A stretch of 64,000 nucleotides of DNA from Octopus vulgaris (GCA_951406725.2 OX597815.1:190278001-190342000); one strand, 5' to 3'. Counted from the first letter of the stretch, positions 1-12,633 are shown. Notes: generated from the sequence alone by a model not told the origin. Numbers and translations are program-made.

Positions 1-369
1 TTTAGCATGCAGGACAAAAATCCTTAATGGCACTTCACCTGTCTTTCCATTCTTGGCAGGATTATTTCCTCTGGCTCTTTGCATTCAAATACATTCAGTT
101 TTAGCTTTTTATCCTTTTGGGGTTGACAAAATAAAGTAGCAGTCAAGTACTTGAGTCAATGTAATTGAAATGCAACCCCCTCCCATCAAAATGGTGATGA
201 TGATGATGAAGATGGCAGCGATGATGGTGACAACGACAACAATGGTGGTGGTTGTGGTGGTGGTGGTGCTAGTGGTGATGAAGATGGCCATTATGGCAAA
301 ATTTGAAACCATTTTAAGGAGAGTAGATGATTGTCAGATTCATAACAGTGTGTTGATGGTGTCAAACAC

Positions 370-527
370 ATCATCATCATCATCATCATCATTGTTCGAT
401 CGTGGTCGAGGCAATGGAATTTACCATGCTATGCCAGACTTCACGGTCCATCATGGCATTACGGAGGTCCTGTTGCTGGATGCCTGTATCCCTGGAGATT
501 ACATCAGAGTAGGAGAGTGTGCGCCCT
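370..527 (-). mobile_element. RTE-type LINE 3' end (ORF C-terminus plus (GAT)n tail)
   Basis: Minus strand reads ...DVISRDTGIQQQDLRNAMMDREVWHSMV..., a 'DR..W' RTE-like C-terminus, followed directly by a (TGA)n tail. Confidence 0.7.
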
Positions 528-675
528 AGCCAGACAAATACATGCATGCACACACACACACACACATGCACATATGCACACACACACACACACACACACA
601 CAGAATGAGCTTCTACAATTGAGGGACAGGTTGCTCCATGTGTGTGCATCTACGTTTTTTTTGTTTTTGTTTTTT

Positions 676-852
676 TTTTTACTTGTTTCAGTCATTTGAC
701 TGCGGCCATGCTGGAGCACCGCCTTTAATCAAGCAACTCGACCCCGGGACTTATTCTTTTGTAAGCCCAGTACTTATTCTATCGGTCTCTTTTGCCGAAC
801 CGCTAAGTAACGGGGCTTATTCTATCGGTCTCTTTTGCCGAACCGCTAAGTA
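676..852 (-). mobile_element. SINE family A, 3' fragment with internal ~37-bp duplication
   Basis: Matches the family A tail (reverse complement of ggcggtgctccagcatggccgcagtcaaatgactgaaacaag). cttattctatcggtctcttttgccgaaccgctaagta occurs twice. Confidence 0.85.
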
Positions 853-931
853 TGTTTATTTTTGTTTTTGTTTATTTTGTTTAAAAATCAAACACATAAA
901 CAAAAGCATAAAGCCAGACAAATACATGCAT

Positions 932-964
<33 letters not shown>

Positions 965-2694
965 ATGAGCTTCTACAATTGAGGGACAGGTTGCTTCATG
1001 TGTGTGCATCTACATTTTCATTTATGCTTTCAACACAGTATTACCTTGCTAAAAACACCAAACGTAGCACAACATGTCAATATAACAGAGATTGTTCCAG
1101 ATAAAATAAGTTCCAGATTGAAGCAAGTACTAAGGTTGATATGATTGCTTGAGAACACTTGAGAACATTTGAAGAAGATGCTCCAGCGTGGATAATGTCA
1201 AAGAACTGAAACCTGTAAAAGAATAAGAGCTTATTGCCAAAATGCATATTTTCAACAGCTACACTCTTTAACTTGATGACATAAAAACATCTCCGATCAC
1301 AATATGCAATAATACTTATATACTTAAATTCCATAGACATGTAAACTGTATAGTTATTTCCTTTTAAAAAGTAAAAATATTTAGTGAAAACTTTGTGAAC
1401 TGAAAATATTATTTCTTGATGCTAGTATTGATGTTGCTAATTTTCAAAGATATGTATAGTATATTCTAAGATTCTTTAAACATCAAAGCCATCATGCAAT
1501 CCAACAATTTCAATGAAAATATTATAGGCTTTAAGCAATAAAGGAATATCTTGTTTGTATTTCAAGGGGAAAATAGTTGCAGTGTGATGCGGGGTGGGAA
1601 GTTTTCTGAAAGATATATTGCTTCAACAATAATTTCCTAAAGAAAGTTACCTGAATATTTCTCTTTTATGATTCCTTTAATACTTCATCTTATAATCTCT
1701 TTAATACTTCCTTAGTAAATATTGGTTTTAGTACATTTGTGCCATGCTGCTGTAGTAGCGGTTTACATTTATGGCTACGATCATGTAACACCTTCATTCA
1801 AAGACTAACCAAAAATGAATTATTGATAAAGTTATAAAGTTGGTGAATTATGATTGTGTGTGTGTGTGTGTATAGATACACGTGCATGAGAAAGGAGAAT
1901 GTATGCGATTGTACGCTGAAGTACAGTGCCATGAATATCGTGTAATCTGGTTAGCAAAATGTAAGAAAATACTATAAAGTCATGCGTTCAGTTGAAAAAA
2001 AAAAAAATGGACCAAGTTTACAAAATAGTGTTTATAATTTTTCTTTTTCATCTCATTCATATTTATAACAAGTTTATAACAAGTTTATTCAACCTTTGCT
2101 TTAATTTCTGCTTGTTTATTCTGCTTCAAACTAATTTTCTATGCACAATATTTTATTCACATCCTTTTCTCCGACAATTCTTTAACAGAAGGATTACTTG
2201 GTAGTTAGTATTGACAAGAATGGTCTCGGAACAGATCCTTTGAATGTTTTTTTTTTCCCCCTTTAATTCGAAAGAGGCACCTACAGAACTAAGAATCAAA
2301 TGGTTCGTGGAAATGTAAATGTTAAATGAATAAATGATTTCCTTCTTGACGAGATCTTTCACCTGTGACAATCTTACATTAAAAAGCTTGTTTATTGCCT
2401 TTTTATGAGCTAAGGCTATGCTTCTCAAATAGTATCAATGGTATGATGGTATGTACGTGTGTATGTATGTGTTTACATATGTGTGTGTGTTTTGATTTTG
2501 TGCCAAATTTTCTGCAGAATAGTGTGCTGTAAAAGCTCCCTACACAACACCAGTTGTTAAGGAACATCTGAATCTCACAGACTAGGGAAAACAACTCACC
2601 TTGGTATCACTTCAGATTTAAAATATATATATACATGTGTGTGTATGTATATATGTATGTATGTATATATATCAATATGTATATATATACACAT

Positions 2695-2872
2695 AGATCG
2701 GTAGCCACTACACACATTTTTTTTCTCTCCTTGTTTCTTTCTGTGTTCCTTTCTGTGGAAGAGCGTAGGCTCAAAACATAAAAGACTTTTTCAATTTCCA
2801 AGCATTATACTAATACATCTGTTTTTTTTCTACAGCCCCTGTCTTTGTCTTTGGTTTTTTCATGAATTCTCC

Positions 2873-2876
<4 letters not shown>
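2695..2876 (+). mobile_element. Short TA-inserted element (Penelope-like pLTR remnant) with degenerate hammerhead motif
   Basis: Homologous to the reverse-strand copy at 8262-8395 and abuts (TA)n. Motif cttt-ctgtgga-a-gagc-gtag-gctc-aaaa-ca-ta-aaag at 2749-2784. Confidence 0.6.
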
Positions 2877-2910
<34 letters not shown>

Positions 2911-3195
2911 ACATCATCGTTAATGTCCACTTTCCATGCTGGCATGGGTCGGATGGTTTGACTGAAGACTGGCAAGCCACATGGTTGCACCAGGCTCCAA
3001 TCTGATCTGGCAGAGTTTCTACAGATAGATGCCCTTCCTGACACCAACCACTCCGAGAGTGTAGTGGGTGCTTTTATGTGCCACCGGCATGAGGGCCAGT
3101 CAGGCGATATTGGCAATGGCCACACTCAAATGGTATTTTTTACGTGCCACCTGCTCAGAAGCCAGTCCAGTGGCACTGGCAATGACCTCGCTCAA
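2911..3195 (-). mobile_element. Family C (RTE LINE 3' UTR-derived) copy with ~2 tandem 63-bp units
   Basis: Reverse complement of the conserved gtggttgg..aggaagggcatc..ccatgccagcatggaaa..gttaa(cgat)n tail. Confidence 0.8.
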
Positions 3196-3254
3196 ATATA
3201 TATATGTACATATATATTTCTGAGAGCATTGTATACATACATATATATATATAT

Positions 3255-3780
3255 AAATTTTTTTTCAGAATGAGATAAAAAACCAAGGATGTGAAGATTT
3301 TAGAACATTTATAAGTAAAAGGTCTTACAGCTGTTTCCAGGATATATATTATATCTCTTCATTGGAGACGGTGTGAGAAAATGGTTCTCTTCCTGTTTTC
3401 GATTTGACCTTACATTCCCTACTTTTAGGTCACTTTAAATAAAATCCTTGTTTTAATAACACTGTGTACAAACTCTATACTTGGAATGACCAATTTTAGA
3501 TACTATTGGATTTTACTCACAAAGTATTGGAATCTTATATGTATACCATTCTGCCTAAGTAATGGATCTACAAACGCAATATCCCTGCGTACCTCACATC
3601 TATTTTCATTCCTCCACTCTCTATTTTGCATCTTATCTAAATTAATTATTGCTTAATCATTTTCTTACACCGTCTCCGATGTAGGGATATAATAAATATC
3701 CTAGAAACAGCTGTAAGATGTATTTATAAATGTTCTAAAATCTTCTTGGTTTTTCATCTCATTCTGAAAAATAATTTTTA
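3255..3780. mobile_element. Inverted-repeat element (~125-bp arms) in TA tract; each arm carries a hammerhead-like motif
   Basis: 3255-3383 is the reverse complement of 3658-3780. Motif gtct-ccgatgt-a-gggatat-aataa-atatcct-a-gaaa-cagctg-ta-agat at 3672-3719, mirrored at 3322-3369. Confidence 0.7.
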
Positions 3781-3797
3781 TACACACACACAATATA

Positions 3798-4214
3798 GGC
3801 GCAGGAGTGGCTGTGTGGTAAGTTGCTTGTTTACCAACCACATGGTCCAGGGTTCAGTCCCACTGCGTGACACCTTGAGCAAGTGTCTTCTACTATAGCC
3901 TCGGGCCAACCAAAGCCTTGTGAGTGGATTTGGTAGACGGAAACTGAAAGAAGCCCGTCGTATATATGTATATATATATATATATGCGTGTGTGTGTTTG
4001 TGTGTCTGTGATTGTCCCCCTAGCATTGCTTGACAACCAATGCTGGTGTGTTTATGTCCCCGTTACTTAGCAGTTTGGCAAAAGAGACCGATAGAATAAG
4101 TACTGGGCTTACAAAAGAATAAGTCCCGGGGTCGAGTTGCTCGATTAAAGGCGGTGCTCCAGCATGGCCGCAGTCAAATGACTGAAACAACTAAAAGAGT
4201 AAAAGAGTAAAAGA
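3798..4214 (+). mobile_element. SINE family A, full length (tRNA-like head, CORE-like segment, internal microsatellite, CR1-like tail)
   Basis: A-box-like tggctgtgtggtaag, B-box-like ggttcagtccc, CORE-like caccttgagcaagtgtct and a (TAAAAGAG)n tail. About 30 homologous copies or fragments occur in the window. Confidence 0.9.
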
Positions 4215-5420
4215 GAGAGAGATATATGACCTATGTCGGACTCTTTATTCACATAATCACCAAACCTAGAGCTTAACTATGGTCTATCCATAGCACTTAC
4301 TCAGCATTACCTGACACCTTTGACTCTTACTGACACCATTACATCTTATAGCCTGCATATATATATTTAAAATTAAATAATAAGGGTAGAAATTGATGCT
4401 AATCAATTAAAACCAGTGGCTTAGCATATATCCGAAGATTAAAAATTGTGTTACATACAAAATTTAGAGGAATGACCACTAAAGTAGACACCCAGTATGC
4501 TAAACATAGACATCAAATCGCCATTACCAGGAAGAGTGTGTTCTCAAGAAAAATCTCAGCAAAACGCCAAAATGTAAAAATTTTTACATTTTTACATTTT
4601 AGCGTTTGCTGATATATATATGTGTGCGTATGTGTGTGTGTGTGTGTGCGTGTGTGTGTGTGTGTGCATGTGTGTGTGTATATATATATATTTTTTTTCT
4701 CGTATTCTTTTGCTTGTTTCAGTCATTTGACTGCAGCCATGCAGGAGCATCATCTTATAGGGTTATTTTTTTAGTCGCAGCCAAAACAGACAATGGAACT
4801 TGGTATGGCTTCTGGCCTTGCTAGTTCATGTCAAACCATCCAACCCATGCCAGCATGAAAAATGGACGTTAAATGATGATGATGATGATGATGATGACGA
4901 GGATGATGGTGTCTGTGGTTCTCCTCCACCATAAAAGATTTGAAGTTTTATGATAATGTTAGAAATAAATATCATTTCTTTTTCTCCATAAAACAAATGT
5001 AATATGTTTAAATGATTGGTCTCTATGTTATAAAAGTGAATAAAATTGTGGAATATATGGAACTAGTATATAATATTGCTTTAGTAATACATTTTAAATA
5101 AATACTTGTCTGTTATGAAATATTTGAGTCCATATGTTACGTTTAAATATTGTTGTACGTTTGGATACAACAATTTTGTTTCCTTCGATCTACTTGGCAA
5201 TCAACAACAACCTCTCATAGATCATAGAAGACTGTTTAGTTGGAAAGACATTCGACTCTATAAAGAAATGTCCCCTTGAAACAAAACTTTAATTGATTTC
5301 ATTTTATGCAAATACTTTGACTTATTGATGTGCATGTCTTTATCTCTCTCTCCCTCCACCTCTCTTTCCCTCTATGTCCTTACCACACAGCCACAATACC
5401 TACAGATATATATATATATA

Positions 5421-5829
5421 GGCGCAGGAGTGGCTGTGTGGTAAGTAGCTTGTTTACCAACCACATGGTCCCGGGTTCAGTCCCACTGCATGGCACCTTG
5501 GGCAAGTGTCTTCTACTATAGCCTCGAGCCAACCAAAGCCTTGTGAGTGGATTTGGTAGACAGAAACTGAAAGAAGCCTGTCGTATATATGTATATATAT
5601 ATATATGCATGTGTGTGTTTGTGTGTCTGTGTTTGTCCCCCTAGCATTGCTTGACAACCGATGCTGGTGTGTTTATGTCTCCGTTACTTAGCGGTTCGGC
5701 AAAAGAGACCAATAGAAAAAGTACTGGGCTTACAAAAGAATAAGTCCCGGGGTCGAGTTGCTCGATTAAAGGCAGTGCTCCAGCATGGCCGCAGTCAGAT
5801 GACTGAAACAAGTAAAAGAGTAAAAGAGT
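5421..5829 (+). mobile_element. SINE family A, full length
   Basis: Near-identical to 3798-4214. Confidence 0.9.
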
Positions 5830-5840
5830 ATATATGTATT

Positions 5841-6272
5841 GTGGCTGTGTGGTAAGGAGCTTGCTTCCCAACCACATGGGTCCAGGTTCAGTCCCACTGC
5901 ATGGTACTGTGGGCACGTGCTTTCTACCATAGCCTTGGGCTGACCAGAGCTTTGTGAGTGGATTTGGTAGACAAAAACTGAAAGAAGTCCATTGTATATA
6001 TATATTTATGTATGTACATATGTATATATGTATGCATGTATATGTATATGTTTATGTGTGTGTGTCTTTGCATCTGTGTTTGTCCCCCCCACCATCGCTT
6101 GACAACTGATGTTGGTGTGTTTATGTCCCTGTATCTTAGCGGTTCAGCAAAAGAGACCAATAGAAGAAGTACTAGGCTTACAAAGAATAAGTCCTGGGGT
6201 CGATTTGTTCGACTAAAAGCAGTACTCCAGCATGGCTGCAGTCAAATGACTGAAACAAATAAAAGAATAAAA
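5841..6272 (+). mobile_element. SINE family A, older variant, head-to-tail with the previous copy
   Basis: Same layout, more diverged, (TAAAAGAA) tail. Confidence 0.85.
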
Positions 6273-6295
6273 CAAAATACACACACACATATATA

Positions 6296-6518
6296 CATTT
6301 CTTTACTACCCATAAGGGGCTAAACACAGAGGGAACAAACAAGGACAGACAAAGGGATTAAGTTGATTACATCGACCCCAGTACGTAACTGGTACTTAAT
6401 TTATCGACCCCGAAAGGATGAAAGGCAAAGTCGACCTCGGCAGAATTTGAACTCGGAACGTAACGACAGACGAAATACAGCAACGCATTTCGCCCGGCGT
6501 GCTAATGTTTCTGCCAGC
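6296..6518 (-). mobile_element. SINE family B
   Basis: Reverse complement of ctggcagaaacattagcacgccgggcgaaatg..gagttcaaattc..gaggtcgactttgcctttcatcctttcggggtcgataaattaagtaccag..gtagtaaagaaat. Confidence 0.85.
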
Positions 6519-6725
6519 ACACACACACACACACACACAAACATATATGTATACACGCACACACACACACACACAGCCACATACTCCTTCATGCATATAC
6601 ACATATGATAGTAGCGGTTGTATCAGCTTTAAGGTTTATTAACACCTAAAACAAACACAACCAAATGAATTCCTCATATTTTAGCTGTGGATAAATTGCT
6701 TTTGAAAGATGCTGGCAATCTTCCG

Positions 6726-7985
6726 TTTATTCTTTTATTCTTTTAATGGTTTTGGTCATAGGACTTACAGTTGTGCTGGAGAACCACATTAATTTTATAT
6801 TCTGTCAGTTTTGGTGTCTCTTTATGGCTGGAAGCTGGTCTATGATTGAGTTTGTAGCAGCTGATCTCTGTGTGTGTATCCTTGAATGGTTGGTTGGCTG
6901 GTCTGGTATCATTGTTAGGAATTTATCCAATGTGTTTTTTTTTTTCCGTTTTTGGTGCATATGACGGAGATGTAAACAGACCCCCACCCCACCCCCACTA
7001 TCCCTAAAAATTTTTTTTTTACGGAATCCCACATTTTAGGCTATGGAGATTCCAATACAGAAAATAAATTTTCAAAAATCGCAACTTAAAAGATTTAAAT
7101 CCCCCACTCCTCCCATTTCTTCACTTTTACTTTTTCTGGATTTTTTTTTTTTTTGCAAAATACATAGAAAAGTTATGATTCTTAAAAAAAAATTGTTTGT
7201 AAATTTTCAATTTAAAAAAAAAAATTACCTCACCCACCTCCCCTTCCGATTCCATGGCCTTGACCTTCAAGCAGGCTACCCACATGCTACAAATAATAAC
7301 AGCCATATCTCACAAAACTGCGATAACATGATGAAAACAATATGTAATCAATTTACCCACCTTTCTGCAAAGATTTCTTTCGGAATAATTTCCTGCAGCA
7401 ATATGACAAAGTGAAATTAAAGTGCCAACCCGACAACCCACATTTGATGGCCTATCCTCCCTACCTTGTCATATCCTCCCTCCCTTTGTCATATTACTGC
7501 AGGGAAATTACTCTGAAAGAAATCTTTGCAGAAAGGTGAGTAGATTGATTACATATTTCTTTCATTGAAAGATTTGGCTGTTTTGTGAGATTTGGCTATT
7601 ATTTCTAGCATGGGGGGGGGGGGGGAATTGAAATTTTTAAGTTGAAATTTTCGAAAATTTTTTTTCTCGGAATCGGAATCCCTATAGCCTAAAACATGGG
7701 ATTCCATAAAAAAATTTTTTAAGTGGGGTGGGGTTTCCGTTTACATCGCCATATGTGCTGAATTTTTAATGTTTCATTAGAGGTTCCTTTTATATTTCTG
7801 ATTTCTATAGGTAGGCACTTGAACAGTTGAGGACCTTTAAGTACCAGACAGGTAAATATAGATTGCTTTTGTTCATGATTTGAAAGGTGGTATATTTGAA
7901 AGATGATAGTATCTACCAGTTTATGCATTAAAATTCCCTCTTGTGCTAAAGTTTGGAACATGCCCCTCCAGGATTATCCAGGATA
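6726..7985 (-). pseudogene. CR1-group LINE ORF2 C-terminus plus 3' UTR, split by a foldback element
   Basis: Minus-strand ...ILEGHVPN..KGPQLFKCLPIEIRNIKG.. (7755-7985) resumes as LDKFLTMIPDQPT..RSAATNSIIDQ (6805-6930). It then ends in the tail ggttctccagca..(TAAAAGAA)n. Confidence 0.7.
6963..7750. mobile_element. Non-autonomous foldback/MITE DNA element
   Basis: Terminal inverted arms ~6963-7105 / ~7615-7750 (gatgtaaac / gtttacatc) and an inner inverted pair 7282-7410 / 7484-7612. Flanked by atat; superfamily unassigned. Confidence 0.8.
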
Positions 7986-8261
7986 AGGCTTTTAACCAAA
8001 GCTATTTTACTGGTGGATTTTCTGTGTAACCCTTCAGTCTTCTTCTATGAGAGCAGATGAGAAAGTAGACCAAAGGAATGTTGATTCATGAATCTGAATG
8101 AAGAATTATTTTAGAAGATATCAGAAAATGTTTCTTATTCTATGATGTTCTCTTTGAAAAGATTGCAAATATGCAAAATTTTCAGTTATCTTGGCACAGA
8201 ACTGAAAATTACAATTGCATAAATATATAAATATATATACAAGTATGTATATATATATATA

Positions 8262-8395
8262 TAGGGAGAGTTTATGAAAAAAACAAAAGACGAAGACAGG
8301 TGGTGTACAAAACAAACAGATGTATTAGTATAATGCTCAGGAATAGAAAAAGTCTTTTATGTTTCGAGCCTACGCTCTTCTACAGAAAGGAACAT
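8262..8395 (-). mobile_element. Short TA-inserted element with hammerhead-like motif (same family as 2695-2876)
   Basis: Reverse complement of 8354-8389 reads cttt-ctgtaga-a-gagc-gtag-gctc-gaaa-ca-ta-aaag. Confidence 0.65.
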
Positions 8396-9309
8396 ATATA
8401 CAACTGTACAATAACTGTATATAATATATATCATAATGATATTTATTCTCCGATTTTAAAGTGACAATATTTAAATATAAACAAATGACCAAATACACTG
8501 TAAAGTGGTTGGTATTAGGAAGGGCATCCTGCTGTAGAAACCATGCCAAAGCTGACACTGGAGCTCAGCACAGCCCTGCAGCTCACCAGATTCTGTCAAA
8601 CTGTCTGACCCATACCAGCATGAAAAACAGATGTAAAGTGATGATGAGGAGGATGACTAACAAGAATGAATATGAATGTTATGCTTCCTAGTTACCTTAA
8701 AAGACCAGATCCACACCAATCTACATTGCACCAAAACTTCACTTTACTGATTTTATGAGAGTTTTCTCCCTTGCTTGTTGTTTTTTCCAGATTTTAAAAC
8801 ACTTCTAGGGGGAAAAATTTTGTTAACTAATTGGCTGGGTAATTCCTTCTCATCAAAGTTTTTCAATATTACATATGTGAGACTCTATCATAGAAGCTAG
8901 ATTTCCCAATCATTAAAATCAGAAATAACTAAAAAATATTAAAAGAGTTAATTACACATGAAACAGAAAATAAAAAAAATATGTTCTTTAGAAAAAAAAT
9001 CTGTTTTATTATGAGCTAGCACATGCTATAGATTAAGGACAATTTGGCATCAAACATCGCAGTCTTTGTATACTACATAACAGAAATGAAATGTATGCTA
9101 TACAACAGAGAGATGAAATGTTACCAAAACCCAACATCAAACAAAACTAAAGTTTGGGATTTTGTCGATCAATATCAGATATAAATACGTGTGTGTATGC
9201 ATGTGTATTTATATGCATGTACAACATGTGTGTGTGTATGTGTGTATACATACATGCATGCATACATACATACATACATACATACATCTATATATTATAT
9301 ATATATATT

Positions 9310-9346
<37 letters not shown>

Positions 9347-9347
9347 G

Positions 9348-9391
<44 letters not shown>

Positions 9392-10259
9392 ATGCACACA
9401 TACATACGCACACACACATGCAGACATACACACGTTTATGTATATGTGGGTATATTATATGAAATATCATTAAAAACGATTACTGTGCTAGCTTTGAAAT
9501 GAAGAAATGCACCAGTTTATTACTGTTTTTACTTGAGTTATTTCTGCTATTAATTTCTGCTTCAAAGATTGAATATTTTGAAGCAAAATATTCCTATATC
9601 CATGGACAATGATATTTGTGTATTTGTGTTTATGATATTAATAATAATACAAACAACAACAACAACATCTATAATATATATGTACATGCATACAGAAAGA
9701 TCTATACAGAAAGATCTAAACACATATACTTTAATGTATGATTACAATGAATGTAGCCGAGAATCTTCTAAATATATTTGTCTCACCTATCCACAAAAGC
9801 AATTTATTCCTTTGTGGTTTTCTAGAAGCAATCAGAAACAGTTGTAAACCTGAGAAGACAGGCAATATTTCTTGTTGTGATTCTCTTAGAAGCATGAGAG
9901 AAGCTTTTAACCCTTCTGTTACTGATTAACATGGGAAGCGATACTATATTGTAATGGGTGAGGGCAAAAGATTAAATTCTCTTTATAGAAACGCTGAACT
10001 TATTAAAAGTATTAAACGTGTTACACATTACACGGATCTGGCAATAAAATATTTCCTGTTGATAATTTAGGGGCCTTATTATCTTTTTCATTTAAATGAT
10101 ACTGTTTTAGAAACGTATCTTGCTTCTTCTTGAAAGCTGGTACTATTGCACCAAGTTCTACACCTTCTATAAAGTTACTAAGAAGTAAGGACAACAAACT
10201 ATAATAGAAATCCTAAAAGAAGCAGTTATATTTCTGTGATATATGTGCACGTGCATGCT

Positions 10260-10291
<32 letters not shown>

Positions 10292-10572
10292 CATGTGCAT
10301 GCAATTTTGTGTACATCTGTTTGCATATGTGTATGTGCATGTTGGGTTTTTTGTGTGAGCTCATATATTTGAATGTAAATGTCAGTACTTTTCCCTCTCT
10401 CTCTCTCTTCACCCTGCTAACAATATATTGTATATAAAGGGTGCAGAGTCACATCGATAACTAGCCAGCAGAGAATCTGCCTAGGGTTAAGCAACTAGTA
10501 ATAACATTTAACAGCCACTTTGATGTGGAAATGGGCTTTACTAGATGTATATATATATATATATATATATAT

Positions 10573-10984
10573 ACTCTTACTCTTTACTCTTTTACTTGTT
10601 TCAGTCATTTGACTGCGGCCATGCTGGTGCACCACCTTTAGTCGAGCAACTCGACCCCGGGACTTATTCTTTGTAAGCCCAGTACTTATTCTATCGGTCT
10701 CTTTTGTCAAACCGCTAAGTGACGGGGACGTAAACACACCAGCATCGGTTGTCAAGCAATGCTAGAGGGACAAACACAGACACACAAACACACATACATA
10801 CATATATATATATATATACATATATACGACAGGCTTCTTTCAGTTTCCGTCTACCAAATCCACTCACAAGGCATTGGTCGACCCAGGGCTATAGCAGAAG
10901 ACACTTGCCCAAGATGCCACGCAGTGGGACTAAACCCAGAACCATGTGGTTAGTTAGCAAGCTACTTACCACACAGCCACTCCT
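10573..10984 (-). mobile_element. SINE family A
   Basis: Essentially full-length reverse-complement copy. Confidence 0.9.
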
Positions 10985-10998
10985 ATATATACATATAT

Positions 10999-11031
<33 letters not shown>

Positions 11032-11257
11032 AATGTATTGTTGAATATTGTTGAATTGATAAAAGGTGGGGTTTTTTCTAATTAATATATATATATATTA
11101 TATTTTGTGAAATTTGATTTAGTATTTCTAAATTGAATTTTTCCCTGTAAGTTTGGAATAATATTCCCTATTATTATTAGTAGTAGTATTATATATATGT
11201 ATATATATATATATATACATATATATAGATAGATAAATAGATAGATAGATAGATAGA

Positions 11258-11590
11258 TAGATAGGTTTAAGAGAAAGAATCACTCTCAACCAACTCAATC
11301 ACTATTGAACGACATTATCCACGATAGGTACATATAGGACTAAATATTAAAAATTTATTAAAATTAATATCTCAAGACTTTCGAGACTTTCTGTTTCAGC
11401 AATATTGACGAATATGTTGTCATGAAATGCGCGTAATTTATATAATGTAATGTATATGATTTAGAATAAGAATTGTAGATATTAATTTTAATAATTTTTA
11501 ATATTTAGTCCTATATGTACCAATCGTGGATAATATCATTCAATGATGATTGAGTTGCTTGAGGGTGATTCTGTTTCTTAAGCCTATCTA
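11258..11590. mobile_element. Inverted-repeat element (~110-bp arms) in microsatellite tract
   Basis: 11261-11372 is the reverse complement of 11477-11590. The spacer holds a weak ttgacga..gaaatgcgcgta motif. Confidence 0.7.
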
Positions 11591-11689
11591 TATATATATA
11601 TGTATACAATACAGTGAGTAATTCGTTTTAGTACCACTAAAGAGAACTTCTCTCTCCTGTGGACTTGGAAATAACTTTCCTATTATTAA

Positions 11690-11948
11690 TCATCATCATA
11701 ATCATCGCTTAACGTCCGTTCTGCATGCTAGCATGGGTTGGACGGTTCGACCAGGGGTCTGGGAAGCCAGAAGGCTGCACCAGGCTCCAGTCTGATCTGG
11801 CAGTGTTTCTAATGCCAACCACTCCGAGAGTGTAGTGGGTGCTTTTTACATGCCACCAGCATATATATATGCATGTATGTATGTATATATACACACACAC
11901 ACATATATATATATATACATACATACATACAAACATACATACATATAT

Positions 11949-11995
<47 letters not shown>

Positions 11996-12167
11996 CTACA
12001 CTCACGGAGTGGTTGGCATTAGGAAGGGCATCCAGCTGTAGAAACGCTGCCAGATCAGACTGGAGCCTGGTGCAGCCTCCTGGCTTCCCAGACCCTGGTT
12101 GAACCATCCAACCCATGCTAGCATGGAAAACGGACGTTAAAACGATGGTGATGATGATGATGATGAT
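11690..12167. mobile_element. Two family C tails in opposite orientation around a microsatellite
   Basis: 11690-11860 (-) and 11994-12167 (+) both match the family C tail. Confidence 0.8.
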
Positions 12168-12179
12168 GTGTGTGTGTGT

Positions 12180-12372
12180 GGATTGTCTTTCTTTTCTCTT
12201 GGACTTTTCTTCCATCTCCTGTTTCTCACAAAGAACTTTGCTCGAAATGTAAAACTACCTTTCTTTCCTTCCCTGAGCATCTGCTAATACTTTTCATGTA
12301 CCACATCTTCACATTGTTGTTTTCTCTTGAATTTTTCCTCATTTTTTTTTTATTAAATTTTATATCTATTTA
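12180..12372 (+). mobile_element. Short element with degenerate hammerhead-like motif
   Basis: gttt-ctcacaa-a-gaac-ttt-gctc-gaaa-tg-ta-aaac at 12221-12255. The layout parallels 2695-2876. Confidence 0.5.
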
Positions 12373-12374
12373 TA

Positions 12375-12588
12375 TACTCTTTTACTCTTTTATTTGTTTC
12401 AGTCACTTAACTGAGGCCATGCTGGAGCACTGCTTTTAATCACATGAATCAACCTCAGAACTTACTCTTTGTAAGCTTCTATCAGTCTCTTTTGCCAAAC
12501 TGCTAAGTTACAGGGACATAAACACACCAGCATTGGTTGGGAAGCGATGTTGGGGGGACAAATACAGACACACAAACACACACACAAC

Positions 12589-12633
<45 letters not shown>

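Noticed and set aside
4556-4612. Hairpin tcagcaaaacgccaaaatgtaaaaa / tttttacattttagcgtttgctga as a terminator
   Set aside because: The context is eukaryotic. It is more likely the inverted end of a TA-inserted repeat fragment.
11401-11440. Hammerhead motif in the spacer of the 11258-11590 inverted repeat
   Set aside because: Core-like words are present, but stem I does not pair convincingly, so it is not called as an ncRNA.
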